Source: Azolla caroliniana
Lineage: Eukaryota > Plantae > Polypodiophyta
Assembly (NCBI GenBank): GCA_043228905.1
Contig: JBHGNT010000001.1
Location: forward strand, 23,746,001 to 23,810,000
Direction: 5' to 3'
Length of the DNA stretch: 64,000 bases
The notes beneath the pieces are model-generated. The model did not search any database and was not told where the DNA came from. It saw only the letters and a list, made by a program, of their open reading frames with translations. The position numbers and the translations under genes are program-made. Below, in pieces: positions 51,000-64,000 of the stretch; the stretch's first letter is position 1, and every line of letters starts with the position of its first letter.

Positions 51000-53900
51000 A
51001 TGCCTTCTTCACCATCGCTCGCCACGTTTCTGGCAGAAACGGACGCTTCCAAGGACGCCTCTCATTCAAAAACCGTTTCTTCACAGTTCGAAGTTTCAAT
51101 GGAGATCCCAGTCTCTACAGGAAAGATAAATGAGGTTTCTTCTCCGAAGCCAGATACTGTAACTGGTTCTGCTCCTTCGGTTGTCAACGCAGAGTCTGTA
51201 TGTGGATTTGCTTTAGAAGAAGTACAAGTAGAAGAAGTAGGAGAAGAAAAAGCAGAACAAATGCAGCAATCTTTTCTTTCCTCTCTTCACAACATGCCAA
51301 CAGAAGAAGCTCGAACCTCTGTTGCTCCTGTGATACTTAACACTCTTCCTGATGAGACTCTAAACGTATCTCTAGCCGTTCATCATATGCCTACAGAAGA
51401 AGCACAGAAAAACGAGGATTCAATGGAGGCTACCAAAATAAACGAACCAGGGGATACCACAAAATCGGACACGGTTGGTCCTCTTGAGAGCTTTGAGAAC
51501 GCAGAGGTTGGACTAGAAAAGGAACGGAAAAACGGAACTCTGGAAGTTGTCAATGAATTGCAAGTCTCTGGAAAACCAGAAACTGAAATTGAGGAGAATG
51601 AAAATGAAGAGAAAATTTCAATTTCGGAGGGGGTTGAAGGATCTCAGACATTTGAGAATCCAGAGTCTGAACAGAAAAATGGAACTTCTGAGAACTTTGG
51701 AACCGTCTCAGATGTGACAGTTGCCTCTTCAACTATAACAACTTTGGAAGGTACAGGACTCACGGACAGTATAACTGTTGAAATTGTGGATGAAAGCATC
51801 ATGGTAAAGAAGTCAAGTAACTCTATAGAGGAGACTAATAAAAGTATTTCTGATCATAGTAACAGTACGTCTTTAACAATTGTTGTGGATAACAGCAAGC
51901 TTGGTAACGGTACAGAAATGGCCAATAACAGTACATATTTAACAACTTTTGAGCATAAGACTGAGATTAATAACTGCACTGATGTTTCTATTAACTCTAT
52001 CGCTGAGCCTAGTAATAGTACGTTTACGGAAATTTTTGATCATAACTCTGAGGCTAGTAAGAATCCAAATGTGGCAGTTGTTGATGATGGAGGGAGACCT
52101 AGTAACTCAGTAGCTGATCGATCTTCAGAAGACATCAAGGGAGAAGGTGACTCACAGGAAGAATCGAATCAGGAACTAGAAGCAATGGAGATACCTCCAC
52201 ATTGGCATCCCAAGCCTTGTGTTCATATTAGCTGCATTGGAGGATCTATGACAGAAGAGGTATGAAGCAAAGTTCTTCTATTCTTTTAAAATTTGCCATT
52301 GGAAATTACTTTTGAAGTGTTTTTATTATTTATTTATATTTTCCAGCTTTGATGATCATCCCGTAGATCTTTTAAAAGATTCAAATGGCCAAACATGTTT
52401 TTTAGTATTTCTTAATATATGTACACATTTTTTTTGCGTTTGGTGGATGTAATGAGTTTGTAAGTTATGCTATAGATATTTTAATGGATTTAATGTTAAG
52501 CACCTCTCTGGACATGGTCGTGGACACTTGGCTCTCTCTCTTTCGGTGTCTTTCACTACATGTCTGCCATAGCCTCCTTGTATATTGAAATTTGCCACTG
52601 GTAGTTGGATATTATGGCATTTCATAACTCTTAATGAACAGTTGTTGAGATCATTTCTTTGTTCCCATTTGAGAATGATAATTATAATATTTGCATAGGA
52701 AACTAAATTCAATTTTCATACCTTAGACTTTACTTTTAAGCATGCTCTACTCTCTAGTGACACTGCAAAAAAGTCAATTGTAAGAAAAATTTATCAGTCC
52801 ATGATTGCATGAATTTCCAGGGTTTTAATAAAGTAATTTTGGAAGGTTTTGTTTTCTAATTAATGTGGAGTTTATTTATCATGGAAAGAGAAAATTCTAA
52901 GGTTGTAAGAATCATTATGGAGGCTGAATTGCATACCATATACTGATCATAGTTTGTCATGGAAAGATAAAATTGTTGGGATTAGCCAATCATTATGGAA
53001 GCCTATCTTTGTCGCGATAGCATGAAACTTATTGATCTTAAATTGTCACGGAAAGCAAGTGCCAATGCTTATTTTCTCTGTTGGTTTGATACAATTATGG
53101 ACAAGAGACTTGGAATTTCGAAAAAAGCTGAAAGCTTAAACATTTGGGTTTCTAGCTGTTACTAATTCTGCTTGAATTGGTTGGTCTGCCCCTGAATTTC
53201 AAGCTAAAAGAAAGCATCATAACAGGATAAGCTCTAAGCAGTGTGGGCCCAGAAGGAGATTCAAAAAGGGCTGGTGTGCTCGAACATCAAGACTTTGGGA
53301 GGAACAAGGGTATGAATCAATCCTATTGGACAAGGAGAAATGACATTTAAAGTATATCAAAAATCAGGAAAAGAACAAAAGTTTTTCATGTTTGCTGTAA
53401 TGTCTGGGTCGAAAGGATAATTTAAGTCATAGGAAGGACTCAGTTTGTTCAAATTGAAGTGTCTAAAGCCATCGAAAGTAAAAAATAGATTGTACTTTAA
53501 GAGGAATTGAATGCACATTGAGAGGGGGTACATATTTGAAAGATTTGTTTAATGTATTTAAAATTTTAACAAAATTTAATGATTGTAGAGAGAGAGGAAA
53601 CGGATTACAGAGTGTGCTTTGCACGATGAAGTAGGAGTACAAGCATTCATCCTCTGGAAGCATAAATGATTATCTTGCACATATAAAGAATAATAATTAT
53701 ATTAGAAATGTCTGTCTAAATATGTATATAAGTATGAGAAACTTGACATTAGTGAACTCCCATTTCTGGCCAGACATATATTATATCATCAAAGCTCGGA
53801 AATTAAAAAATCTCAAAATTGGCCATTGTTTTGGAAAGCAGCTAATGGGATGATGGAGTAGGGATGTACATAAATACGAGAAGCTTGACATTAGTGAACT

Positions 53901-56900
53901 CCCATTTCTGGCCAAACTATATTATATGATCAAAGCTTAGAATCTAAAAACTCTCATTTTTGGCCATTGTTTTGGAGAGTAGCAAATGGTATAGATTATG
54001 AATTTTTTGCTCTGCTTGCTTAACAAATTGGAAGCATGTTATGTTTCTTATGTGAGCAGGTTAACTCTGACGGTAACCAGCCGCTGTTATCAAGCATTGG
54101 ATGAAATAAATTATTTTGTGTTTGGTATCATTGAAAAAGGTTCACCTCCTAGTTTTCCTGAATGTATGAGTTTTCTTTGCCAACCATTTATTGCATTTTT
54201 CTTGGAATCCAACTCATGGTTCCATTATTTGGCTTTGGGTGGAAAAATGATCTGTGTTAAACATGTCATATGCACTTCTAGGTTATCAATATCTGTGATT
54301 TTTTGGCTTGTTTGCACTCCAGTTGTTCAATAATGAACTTCCTGGATCAGCTGTCTGACAGCTCATTAGAGAGTTCTCAGCAGCTATTGTAAATCCATCT
54401 CTACGGAGGATATTGGCAAGCCTTTGAAAGGAAACTTCAATTCTGATTGCACCCTTTATTGTCGAATAGGATATGAAGTCTTGAAAAGAAATATATGGGC
54501 AAATAAATAAAGATTTTCCAATGGTTCATAGTTGTTTTTAAAGCATAATAACCAGTATAGTAAAAAACGGATTCTTCAGCTCAAGAAATTGACAGTTAAA
54601 ATTGGAAGTTGCTTATTCTAATGAGAGTTATATACATATAAAAAAGATATATTCAAGAATAAGTGTAAATGTGTAATTACTTCAGAATTGTTTCGTAGAG
54701 AACTAAGAAAGAGCAAAATGGCAAACTCGCAAAAATTCCGTCAAGGTTCCCACATGGGAGCCATCTTGTGCGATGATGCTTGAGGTCACAGATCAATGTT
54801 TGCTGGAATCCTAGCTTGTTTGTTATTAAGGGGTCAACTTAGCTTCATGCAACAGCCTTCATCATGAAGCTAACATATCAATCTTCTAATGAACTTTAGA
54901 TGTCCACCCACACTGTAACTGCTGAAAACAATAATTCCATTCAATTGAGTGTTACTTCTTCTTCATTGTTATTTGTGCTTTATAGTTCTTGGTGTCAAAA
55001 GCATGAATGCCATGTCTTCTGGTAAACTAAAAGTGTTTTGTTTCTCTTGGTGACATCTATCTTTGTCACATGCTGCCTACTAAGGACATAATCTGAAAGT
55101 GCTAATAGTGTACTCTTGGTGATATGATAAAATGCTTATTTACAGTTGTAATGTTTGGATTTGATTGGCTTTTACAGGAACTCTTACCTATATTTAGCCA
55201 ATATGGGCCGATATCAAGTGTCTCATTTGAGAATGAGAGGCATGATTCAGCTCTTGTCCGCTATGAACTTCACCGTGAGAATGCAGATGATTTTCTCGGA
55301 GAAGTTCGTCAAGCTACGAATAGCACAAAGCTAGGAGACAAAACTATCATAGTTGAGCCTTTCCGCCCGGACTCATTACTTTTTATTGGGAACCTGACAT
55401 CATCCATTGATGATTCTAGCTTGCAATCAATGTTTGATGCACATGGAAAAATCGAACGAGGATTTGTAAGTTTGTATAGTATATCAATCAGTATCAATGA
55501 TATCACGATATGTGAAATATTTTACATGAAAGTTCTCAAAGTTGCTTCCGTCTCTTTACATGGATATGATGATAGGTGCTACGAAATGCTGAAGGAAAGA
55601 GCAAATGCTATGGATTTGTTGAATACAGCTTGAAATCACAGGTTGATGAATTTTCCTAGTACATCATTGGTACTCACTTTACTGACTATTTCTCACTATT
55701 TCTTGCAGGCTACTGCTGCTAAAGTGGCGATGGGAAACATAAACATGGATGGACGGGTCCTGAGAGTGGAGTGGTCTGATTGCAAAAAGGTTTCAGATAT
55801 GTTCTCAACTGTTCTCTTTGTTGACAGATTACCAAGAGAAGGGTCCAACGTGAGTGTTCTAATTCCTTATTGATTTATCCTTGCAAGTGATGAAATTCCC
55901 TACAACATCTTGAATAATTCTTCACTTTGGTGTAATAGTTAGACACATCCTTGCAAGAGCTGTTTGGGAAATTTGGAAAAATAAGGGACAGCCATTTGGC
56001 CATCGGAATTGGTAATCAATACCGAGGCTTTGCTTTTGTGGATTTCTACCATTCTATATGTGCAGACAAAGGTGAGACATTTGTTGGTTTGATTTGTTCT
56101 ATATGAGTATATTCACATGTAAAGATATGGCTTGTATTGGAATACTCTCATGATATTGATGATAATATCGTTTTCTGTTTACTTGTATATAGCCCATCTA
56201 GCACTGGATGGTTATACTTTCCAGGGGTCAAATATTCGTGTTAGCTTTGCTAACCCATCAAAATCAACACAGGTGCACCTATTAATTCTTGTTCCTCTTT
56301 TCATCATGAGAATTAAAAAATTAAAGGTTTGTTTTCTGTTGAATGTTTTATCATTCCTTTATCTAAGGATGGTTTTTTTCAGTCTTACAAGTTCCGTTAT
56401 GGAACCCAGGCAGCACAAAGCTATTCTGGGAAGGGGGGAGTTTCAGGTAAGTTTATTTGTTGACAGTTGGTTGTCTATAATTTACTGAGTTTTTTTTGTG
56501 TTTTTTTGAAAATTCCCTGCTAAAACATGAAGGTTCTGGAATGATTATGTCTCCATCATTGCGAGGTTCTCCATCAATGCCTCTTATGCAGTCGCGGTTT
56601 ATGAATCCAACTCGTCCTGGAATGATGGGCTATGGTATAGGCATGGTAATAAAATTTCTGTGTGTCTTTTTGTATATACTGCCTAGTTTTGTGATTGCAA
56701 GCATGAATTGACAGCATATATGAATATTTCATACATACAACGGATTCAATAATTCAATTTCATGCACACAATGGATTTATTTACTCAATATTGTACACCT
56801 AATGGATTCAACTCTTCAATTTTGTACACATAATTGATTCATTTATGTTAAATGAATTCAATGCAGCAATTTGGTAGAGGGCCTTATGAGCGTGTCCAAG

Positions 56901-59900
56901 TTCCAATGCATGGTAGCGGTATTGGGATGCTTGGACCAGGAGGTCGCACACCACTTTTGTATGGAAATGTTGCTTCACGGCCTGGAATGCCCAGGGGTGA
57001 AAGCAATATGCAAAGGATGCAAGGTGTTTTCCCTTGACTACCTTTTGACTCGTTTCCAACTTATCTTCTATTCTCAATCAGTAACAATTGTCATTTGTAT
57101 GTTCATTGCAGCTGTATCTATCACCCCTTCTGCAATTGTTCAGGTACTCTCTGAAAATTGTAATAATTCTAATTATAATAAAAAATGTCTAAAAATTTCT
57201 TAATGAAACAGTTTTATTTTCTGAATCCAGGTTGCCACTGCGCAAGCGAAAGCACGTGAAGAAGAAGCAAGGGCAAGAGCTGAAGTAATATAACTGTCTC
57301 TTGATGCCAGAGAATGGTGCATTTAGCTCAATTCTTCTCATTCGTTATTGTATATAGGCTGCAAAGCAGGGATTGGCAAGGTCTGGTGTCCCTGGTGATT
57401 TTTCATCTGCAGAAAGGTATCAAAGATTCCAACATAATGCCCATCAGGTATGAATCCAATTTGCCGGTTGTATAAAGTATGTTATCTTGTGCTTGTATCA
57501 AGGAGCACCATCTTGGATTTCTTCTGATATTCTAACTATGAACAGCACTTCAAGTTATCAGACCCGAGTCATGCGTATCAAGCTCAACGCCAGCAATCTA
57601 TCCACCAACAAGCCTCTTTACAACAACAACGTCCAAGTTGGAATCAGGTACAACAATGATGATAGTTCCTTATATTTTTCATATTTCTATCAGACTATCA
57701 ATCTATTCTTTCATAAAAGTTTGTGGTTTATTTTGGCTTTAATGTTTGTGGTTTTATCAATCCGAATTTAGTAAATGTCTGTGTTTAATTTTACTGAATT
57801 TAGCATTTATCTACAGCCACCGGTTGGTCAAATTCCACAGACACAAGGAATGCAGTATCAGCAACGTCCAAGCCAGAATTTCCCACAACAGCAGCAGGTG
57901 ATTAGTTTGGCTGGGTTGTCAATTAGACCATTTTAAAACCATATTTTGTTTGGTTCTCTGAGTAGTCTATTGAAATTTTGCAATACTCTCAAAATGCTCA
58001 ACTATGTAAGCAGCCAACTGCCCAACAAATGCAACATTCTCAAGTAAGTTCTTTTTTTTTCTGGTTATATGCATTTGGAAAATTAAGTTTAGGTCTTGAA
58101 TTTCCTGAGGAAGAGAGAAAAAGAGATGTCTAGCCAAGTGTCCTGAAATTTTCTATCTTTCCACAAGTGCCCTGGCCAACCCTGAAAATAGGAGAAAGGT
58201 GCACTGACCATTTAATTGCTTGAGTCGCACGTATGATTGATTCAGAGTGGGGTAACCAAGTTGGGAAGAGAAGAAATAAAACTAAGGAGTATTTGAGAAA
58301 ATGGGAAAAGCATCAGGGATATTACATGGTCTCCCTGGATTATACTAGCCAAAATGCTGCACCTGCATATCATATGATATCTCATCAAAGCTTTGTGCAA
58401 TGATTATTTGAATGTACTGGTTAAAGCAGCAGCAATATATTCAGCAGCAGCATGGATATTCACAGTATGGGCAACAACAAACGTATCAATCTGGCCAACA
58501 AGGAAATACTCCTTATAATACACAGATGCCACAATATGCTGGTCAACAGTATCAACAGCAACAGACTGTATACTCACAGCAAAATTATGGTGAACAGTAT
58601 GCTCAAGTGCAAGGACAAACGCAACCACAAACACAGGCACAGTCACAAGCACAATCTTTACAGCCCACGTATGCTGGAGCTCCCGTCTCAGTAGTTAGTT
58701 CAGGGACAGCCTCATCTGGCCAGGACGCAGCACAGCAGCAGGCTTATGCTGCTTACTATCAACAGCAAGTAAGGTTTCTGCAATTTGTTCTCTATCATCG
58801 TAAACCGTTTAGAATGTTGCAGTAGTAGAACAATTTTGTAGTCCAATTCTAGATAATGCTAGAAACATCCTATAGAGAACAGTAGATATTTGGTTTCTTA
58901 GCTTTATTAATATCTGCAGCAAAACTATTGTTATTTGACGTTGTAGATTTGTTTATTGTGTGTCAAAACAGCAACTTTTTGGTATTGTAGCTTCATTAAT
59001 ATTGACATCAAAATTATAGTTTTTTGGTGTCCTGGCTTCATTAACGTTGGCACCCCCAAATTAATATACCCATAAATGGTTTGAAAATGTTTGGTTGCAA
59101 TCAAGTTTGAAAATGTTTGGTTGCAATCAAGTTTGTCTGTAGGCAAACCTTTTGAATTATGTGGATTTGATGTATCAACTTATTGTTTCTTATGGTTTCA
59201 TGGCATTCTGTGAACACGAGTTTCTTTCTTTCATTTGTTCTCTTATGAAGGCACAAGCAACACAACAGGCTGCTGGTTCTGTGACCGTGACACCTGCAAC
59301 TACTACTCAGCAAAGCTATGAGGCACAGTGGGCAGCTTACTATGCTAGCCAAGCAGCTTATCAACAGGTTTATACACAGATAGAACTTGTCCCAAATTAG
59401 TTTATTAGGAATTGATAATCTATTTGAAACTCACTATGTTTTGTTCTTCTTTTGTAGCAAACTCCTTCAGCAGATGTTGGCCAGAAGAGAGCGGCTGACC
59501 AAATGGAGTCCTATCAGCAAAATCAGGTCTCTCACATCTGTCATTTTGGTGGTTTGCAAAAATAAATATCACATTATCTATGACAAGAAATAAAAAATAG
59601 TCTCCTATCTATGGTATTGGCTTTTACGGTAAGGATAGTTATATCACTAATGCTATGACTTGATTTCTTTACTAGTCAATATTGAGTAAGTGAGAAGGGT
59701 ATTGGTTGCATTTTAGAAACTTTGAAAGGTATTACTGAGACAACAATGCTAGGATGCATGCACTCAGGAGAACTCTGTCTGTATAACACGCCGATCTGAA
59801 CCATATCACTTCATCAAAATAATTAATATTGACATTGCCCTTAGTCTGGTATAAGTGGTCATTGATAATGTAATGCTCACTGGTGTTTAAAAGGTTAGTG

Positions 59901-60535
59901 AGAATGGTATTGATTGTAAATTTAAATTCTTTTCTAGCTTCTATTCAGGTAGCACTAAAATTGAGGGACTTGAGCATAAGGTGCCCCATCTATTACTCAC
60001 CCAAATCATATGTTGCACTATCTGAGTAACCTAGAAATAGACCATAAACAGTGGCTCGCACAATGCCATATGCCTTAAATATGTGATAAGAAGTACTGTT
60101 TAATGTACTGAATATTGTCTATATTGGTGGTGCCCTACATTGGTATTGTGTTTTCATATCCAAAAGTCCATTTAAAGTGTTTGCTGTGGTTTGCAGGCTG
60201 CTTATAACTATGCAGCTTACTCTCAAGATGCGGCTACTTATCAACAGCAGCAGCAAACACAGAGTGTTCCAACTGTGTATCAGCAGCCAACTGATAATGT
60301 TGCAACTGCTTATCAACAGCAAGCAACTGTGGCATCAAATAGTAATCAATACCAGCAACAACAGGTATATCAGCAAGCTAATAGTTATGCACCTCAGGCG
60401 TCTAGCGTACAACCAGGATATGAACAGCAACCCATTGCTTTAACTACTGATACTTATCAGCAGCAAGCTACTGAAGCAACTCAACAAGTGGGCCCAACCG
60501 GTATATATGACTACAACAAACGCCCCAGATACTAG
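51000..60535 (+). CDS. Three-RRM RNA-binding protein (Raver1/2-like RRMs) with acidic N-terminal IDR and Q/Y-rich C-terminus, 19 exons, ~1184 aa
   Basis: Exons 51000-52259, 55178-55465, 55576-55641, 55709-55849, 55939-56071, 56193-56272, 56383-56446, 56533-56645, 56867-57023, 57112-57143, 57231-57284, 57358-57447, 57546-57647, 57817-57897, 58014-58043, ~58430-58768, 59251-59367, 59458-59526 and 60197-60535; all GT-AG with consistent phase. RNP2/RNP1 motifs LFIGNL...KCYGFVEY and LFVDRL...RGFAFVDF. Ends YDYNKRPRY*. The start codon is inferred; the ORF is open from 50808. Confidence 0.9.
53716..53990 (+). repeat. 142-bp tandem duplication in intron 1 of the RRM gene
   Basis: CTTGACATTAGTGAACTCCCATTTCTGGCCA at 53742 and 53884. 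Confidence 0.85.
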
Positions 60536-60683
60536 GAATTTAGCTTGATTACTTTTAGAGTAAATCGTTTAGAACGAAAAATACCCTCCGTAGCGCATCA
60601 TTTCATATGCAAACAAGGGTTCATGAGAGCTGCAGCTATAAATATAACCCTTTTTGACAGAGATTGCGATCTCACGATTCTCT

Positions 60684-60687
60684 ACCT

Positions 60688-60750
<63 letters not shown>

Positions 60751-60772
60751 CCCTCCCACCCACCCTCCCACC
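60684..60772 (+). repeat. (CT)n microsatellite downstream of the RRM gene stop
   Basis: Read directly. Confidence 0.9.
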
Positions 60773-62704
60773 CATGGTATTGAGCTTATTGAATAGACAT
60801 GAGATATTGATCAGAAGCTAGATAAGTTGTTTGATGCAAACAATATGGAAATTTTGTTGCTTCATGTCTTGTTTTTTCAAACCAATATTACAAGCTCATG
60901 CCTTCTGAGGTATCCTCAGCATTGTATTTTGTACAGGACAGTAATCTCTGGGCTTTGTTCAGGGAAATATTCTGTACTGTTAACAGGGCTTTTTCGTTCA
61001 CCCTTTGGTTCTCATTTGGCTTCAAATTTACTTACATAACAATAGGTTCTGGTGATGACACTATTGCTAGTAGAGGGCGACATTGACAATCTTCGAAGAA
61101 GCTAATTCACTGTGAAAGTAGCAGAAGTTCAGATTTTTATTAGTTTTAAAGCAAGACACTTACAAGGAAGGTCTTTGTGATCTTCATTTTCAAGAAGTAA
61201 TGAAATTCTATGGTAGTCCGAATTATTTCAAATGGCGTACTAAGAATATTCTGTGATTTTTGAGTTTTTGCATAGTCACTAATCTATATATATGAATATT
61301 CTGTGATTGTATTGTGGATGGATTCACATCTTACTATGTTTTAATGGTCCCGTGCATCTGTTTTCATGCTGATAATGTTTTGTTGTAGTCCTTTATATCA
61401 TAGGTACAGGATTAATAAGCAAAAGTTGGCAACATGACCTGCCCCTGTTTTACTTCTCTTTCCTCTTTGTAAGTAATATTGTGATGTGTTACAAAAATTT
61501 AGAGAATTTACTATTACGTTCTTCTGTTTTAGAATGTATGCATATCATGCTCTTCCATGCAGGCTGTTTTTCACATGATGACAGGCTTTGTATGTGACTA
61601 TATTGGCAGAGCATCACCACCATAATTAACAATGTCATCATGCTTTGTTTTGATATCACAATTCTTCACACAAATTAAAGTCACTCCACATTAACACCTG
61701 GTTAATCTTCTAATTACAACCAGTACATAGTTGTCTTGTAATTGTGACTAATGAATATATTTAGTATGACATCAATAGCATTATTACCCATATGTTTTCT
61801 CTTATGTTTGTGAATCGAGTCATGGGGAGAAAGTGGTCAAAGTTATTGGCTTTGGTTGGATTAAGGACCACTAAGGTATGAGTGAAAATTTGGTGAATAA
61901 AACAATGATCAAAGCATATTGGTGCCATGGGTTAAAGTGGGTGCAAATTTGAACCTTGGGTAAGCAAGAAATATAAAGGATTAGCTCATCTGTAAAGGGT
62001 TTTTCATGCCTCATTGAAGGCATCCATGTTAAAATATTTGCTTTCATCTTTGCATAGTAGTCTAATCTATTTAGAGTAGAACGTTAATGTACAAATTTAC
62101 CCATTACTAGTGAATTGTTTTTGGACTTGCTCGTTGGGTAAGCTTGATGATAATAATAGTTCAATGAGAGTTTTGAATCCAATCCAAATCTGCCTCTCCC
62201 AAAATTGATGCAGTTTTACATGGCTATCTATTCGTGATTGGATTTTCAAACCATACTTCTGTTTTGATCCTTATTTCCCTCAAAGAGTTTTTACTAGAAA
62301 GGAGTAAACCCCCTTTTGACGAACACATAGGTGATATGTTGACTTGGTCCCATAGGTCAAAATTGGTGTCGTGGACAATAGATTTTTTTTTTCTATCGAT
62401 GAATTTGATGCATATTTAGAACATCATTGATCTTATGCCTTGACACATCAATTTGTGGGACATCCATGTGTAAAGAACTAGATGATTCTATGAAACAAAG
62501 TAGATTAAATAGAGCATGAGAGAGATTTGATTATGGTCATTTAGGGTCAAAATTGATTATGGGACCAAAACTAAACCACTCTTGCACAATAAGTGTGGAA
62601 TTGAGTCGCAACTCTTGATGCTCATGACTACGGAGCTCTTATAGGTTAGTGTGCATTGTGATTTTGAGAGGAATGTATATCTCAAATATTAGCGCAATGG
62701 AATG

Positions 62705-63397
62705 TGTTGAGGACCTATAGGTTAGTGTCAAGCAAACAATATGTACAAGATGGAGAAACAAAGTATGAATAGAGTGCAAGAACCAAGATGCTTAGTTGAA
62801 GCTCTAATGGAAGATTGTCTTATTCTTTGTTAACAACAAACCCCTCCCTCTCTCTTTACAATGTTATGTTTAGGCTTATATATACAGAAGCCCTAGCTTG
62901 GCGACGTGTTCACACATAGGATACAAAGTGGAAGGAGTCGGTCTTTTATGCCAACAAACTCCCCTGTAAAAGGGCTACTCTTCGTATGTATACTAATAGT
63001 TGAGGTTATCTCCCTCGTAAACCTAGATTACAATTTTAATCAAAAGTTACAATTGTATACATACAAGGCATTCGACATTCGACTGAATCTGCAGAGGTAA
63101 AGTCAGGATCTAGCCTAATTTGGTTAGTCATTTGGATCGTGTATCACCCTGATCAGCTTGTTTGAGTTGGTCGGATCGACTGGTTCGGGTTGTCTCTGGT
63201 CCGAATCGGCTCATTTGTTTGCATTGGCTTGTGTCCGATTCTAATTCTTAGCCTTTGGTGGATCATATACTTCTTGCTCGCGCTTGCTCTAGTGCTCCCT
63301 ACTAAATCCTCTCTCTGTCCTCGACTCCATTTGTCCCTCGATCTCCTCCTCTACGGTCGGTCTCCTTGCACTTGGTTTTGTCCTTAACCTCTCAACA
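62705..63397 (-). mobile_element. Candidate copia-type LTR
   Basis: Inverted termini TGTTGAG...CTCAACA. Shares the (C/T)TAATGGAAG motif with minus-strand LTRs at 19244, 19745 and ~32040. No matching TSD. Confidence 0.5.
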
Positions 63398-63710
63398 TTA
63401 CTCATCTGGCCGGGCCGATCTTCAACTTACCTGTTGCAATTATTAGTTCTGCTCTCTTCTGCTCGGTCGCTTGTCGTAGTCCCATGGTTGACCTTAGTGC
63501 TTCGAACGTTGTTCTGGGAGTGGCTTCGTCACGCAATCGATAATGTTCACCTCGGTATCTATCTTTCAAACTTCTAGCTTCTTCTATGTTACTAGTTCTC
63601 GGATATGATGAAACCACATCTCAATATGTTTCATCTTCGCATGATAGACTGGATTCCGAATGAGGTGTATTGCGCTCTTTGAGCTGCAATAGATGGTCAA
63701 CGCTGGATGG

Positions 63711-64000
63711 CGTCACGAACAAGTATAATAGAGTAGAGCGAAGACAAGACTAGAAAACAAGAGAGAGGAAAAGAATAAGAACTCAACTTATAGAATCTGT
63801 AACTGGTGTTGTTCACTTTGATTAGAATCAAGGTGCGCATGAGTATTTATACAAGAAGGTAGGGCTATGTAAGCCAACTAGAAATAGGGTATGCACGAGG
63901 ATGCATGCAATAGAGAATGCATGAGAATGTGTGCAAGCTAGACATGAGGATGCATGCAAGTTAGGAACTTCCAATGTTCAATCTATGCTACATGAGTTGG
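63711..64000 (-). mobile_element. LTR running off the window end, same family as 26203-26495
   Basis: 63826-64000 is the near reverse complement of ~26345-26495 (GAATCAAGGTGC...GAGTATTTATACAAGAAGGTA...GGAACTTCCAATGTTC). Confidence 0.8.

Noticed and set aside
62705-63397. Solo LTR formed by clean recombination
   Set aside because: The flanks GAATG and TTACT do not match as a TSD, so it is kept only as a candidate LTR.

Overview
Eukaryotic land-plant nuclear DNA. The spliceosomal GT-AG introns, telo-boxes and retroelement types suggest a fern or other non-seed plant, but that taxon call is inference only. The left ~34 kb is a nested pile of decayed transposons: a MULE/SWIM transposase relic, at least five Ty1/copia copies, three Ty3/gypsy copies, extra LTRs and a probable LINE relic. 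One host gene sits inside it, a 3-exon mitochondrial-type 10 kDa chaperonin (CPN10, minus strand). The right half is gene-rich: a 10-exon plastid-type half ABC transporter (ABCD2-like, +), an intronless-CDS DnaJ/DUF1977 chaperone (-) with a long 5'-UTR intron, and a 19-exon ~1184-aa three-RRM protein with a Q/Y-rich tail (+). The most notable observation is that the RRM2-RRM3 block of that last protein aligns by eye with the animal PTB co-repressor Raver1/2. All exon coordinates were derived by hand from splice signals and frame continuity; no database searches were run.
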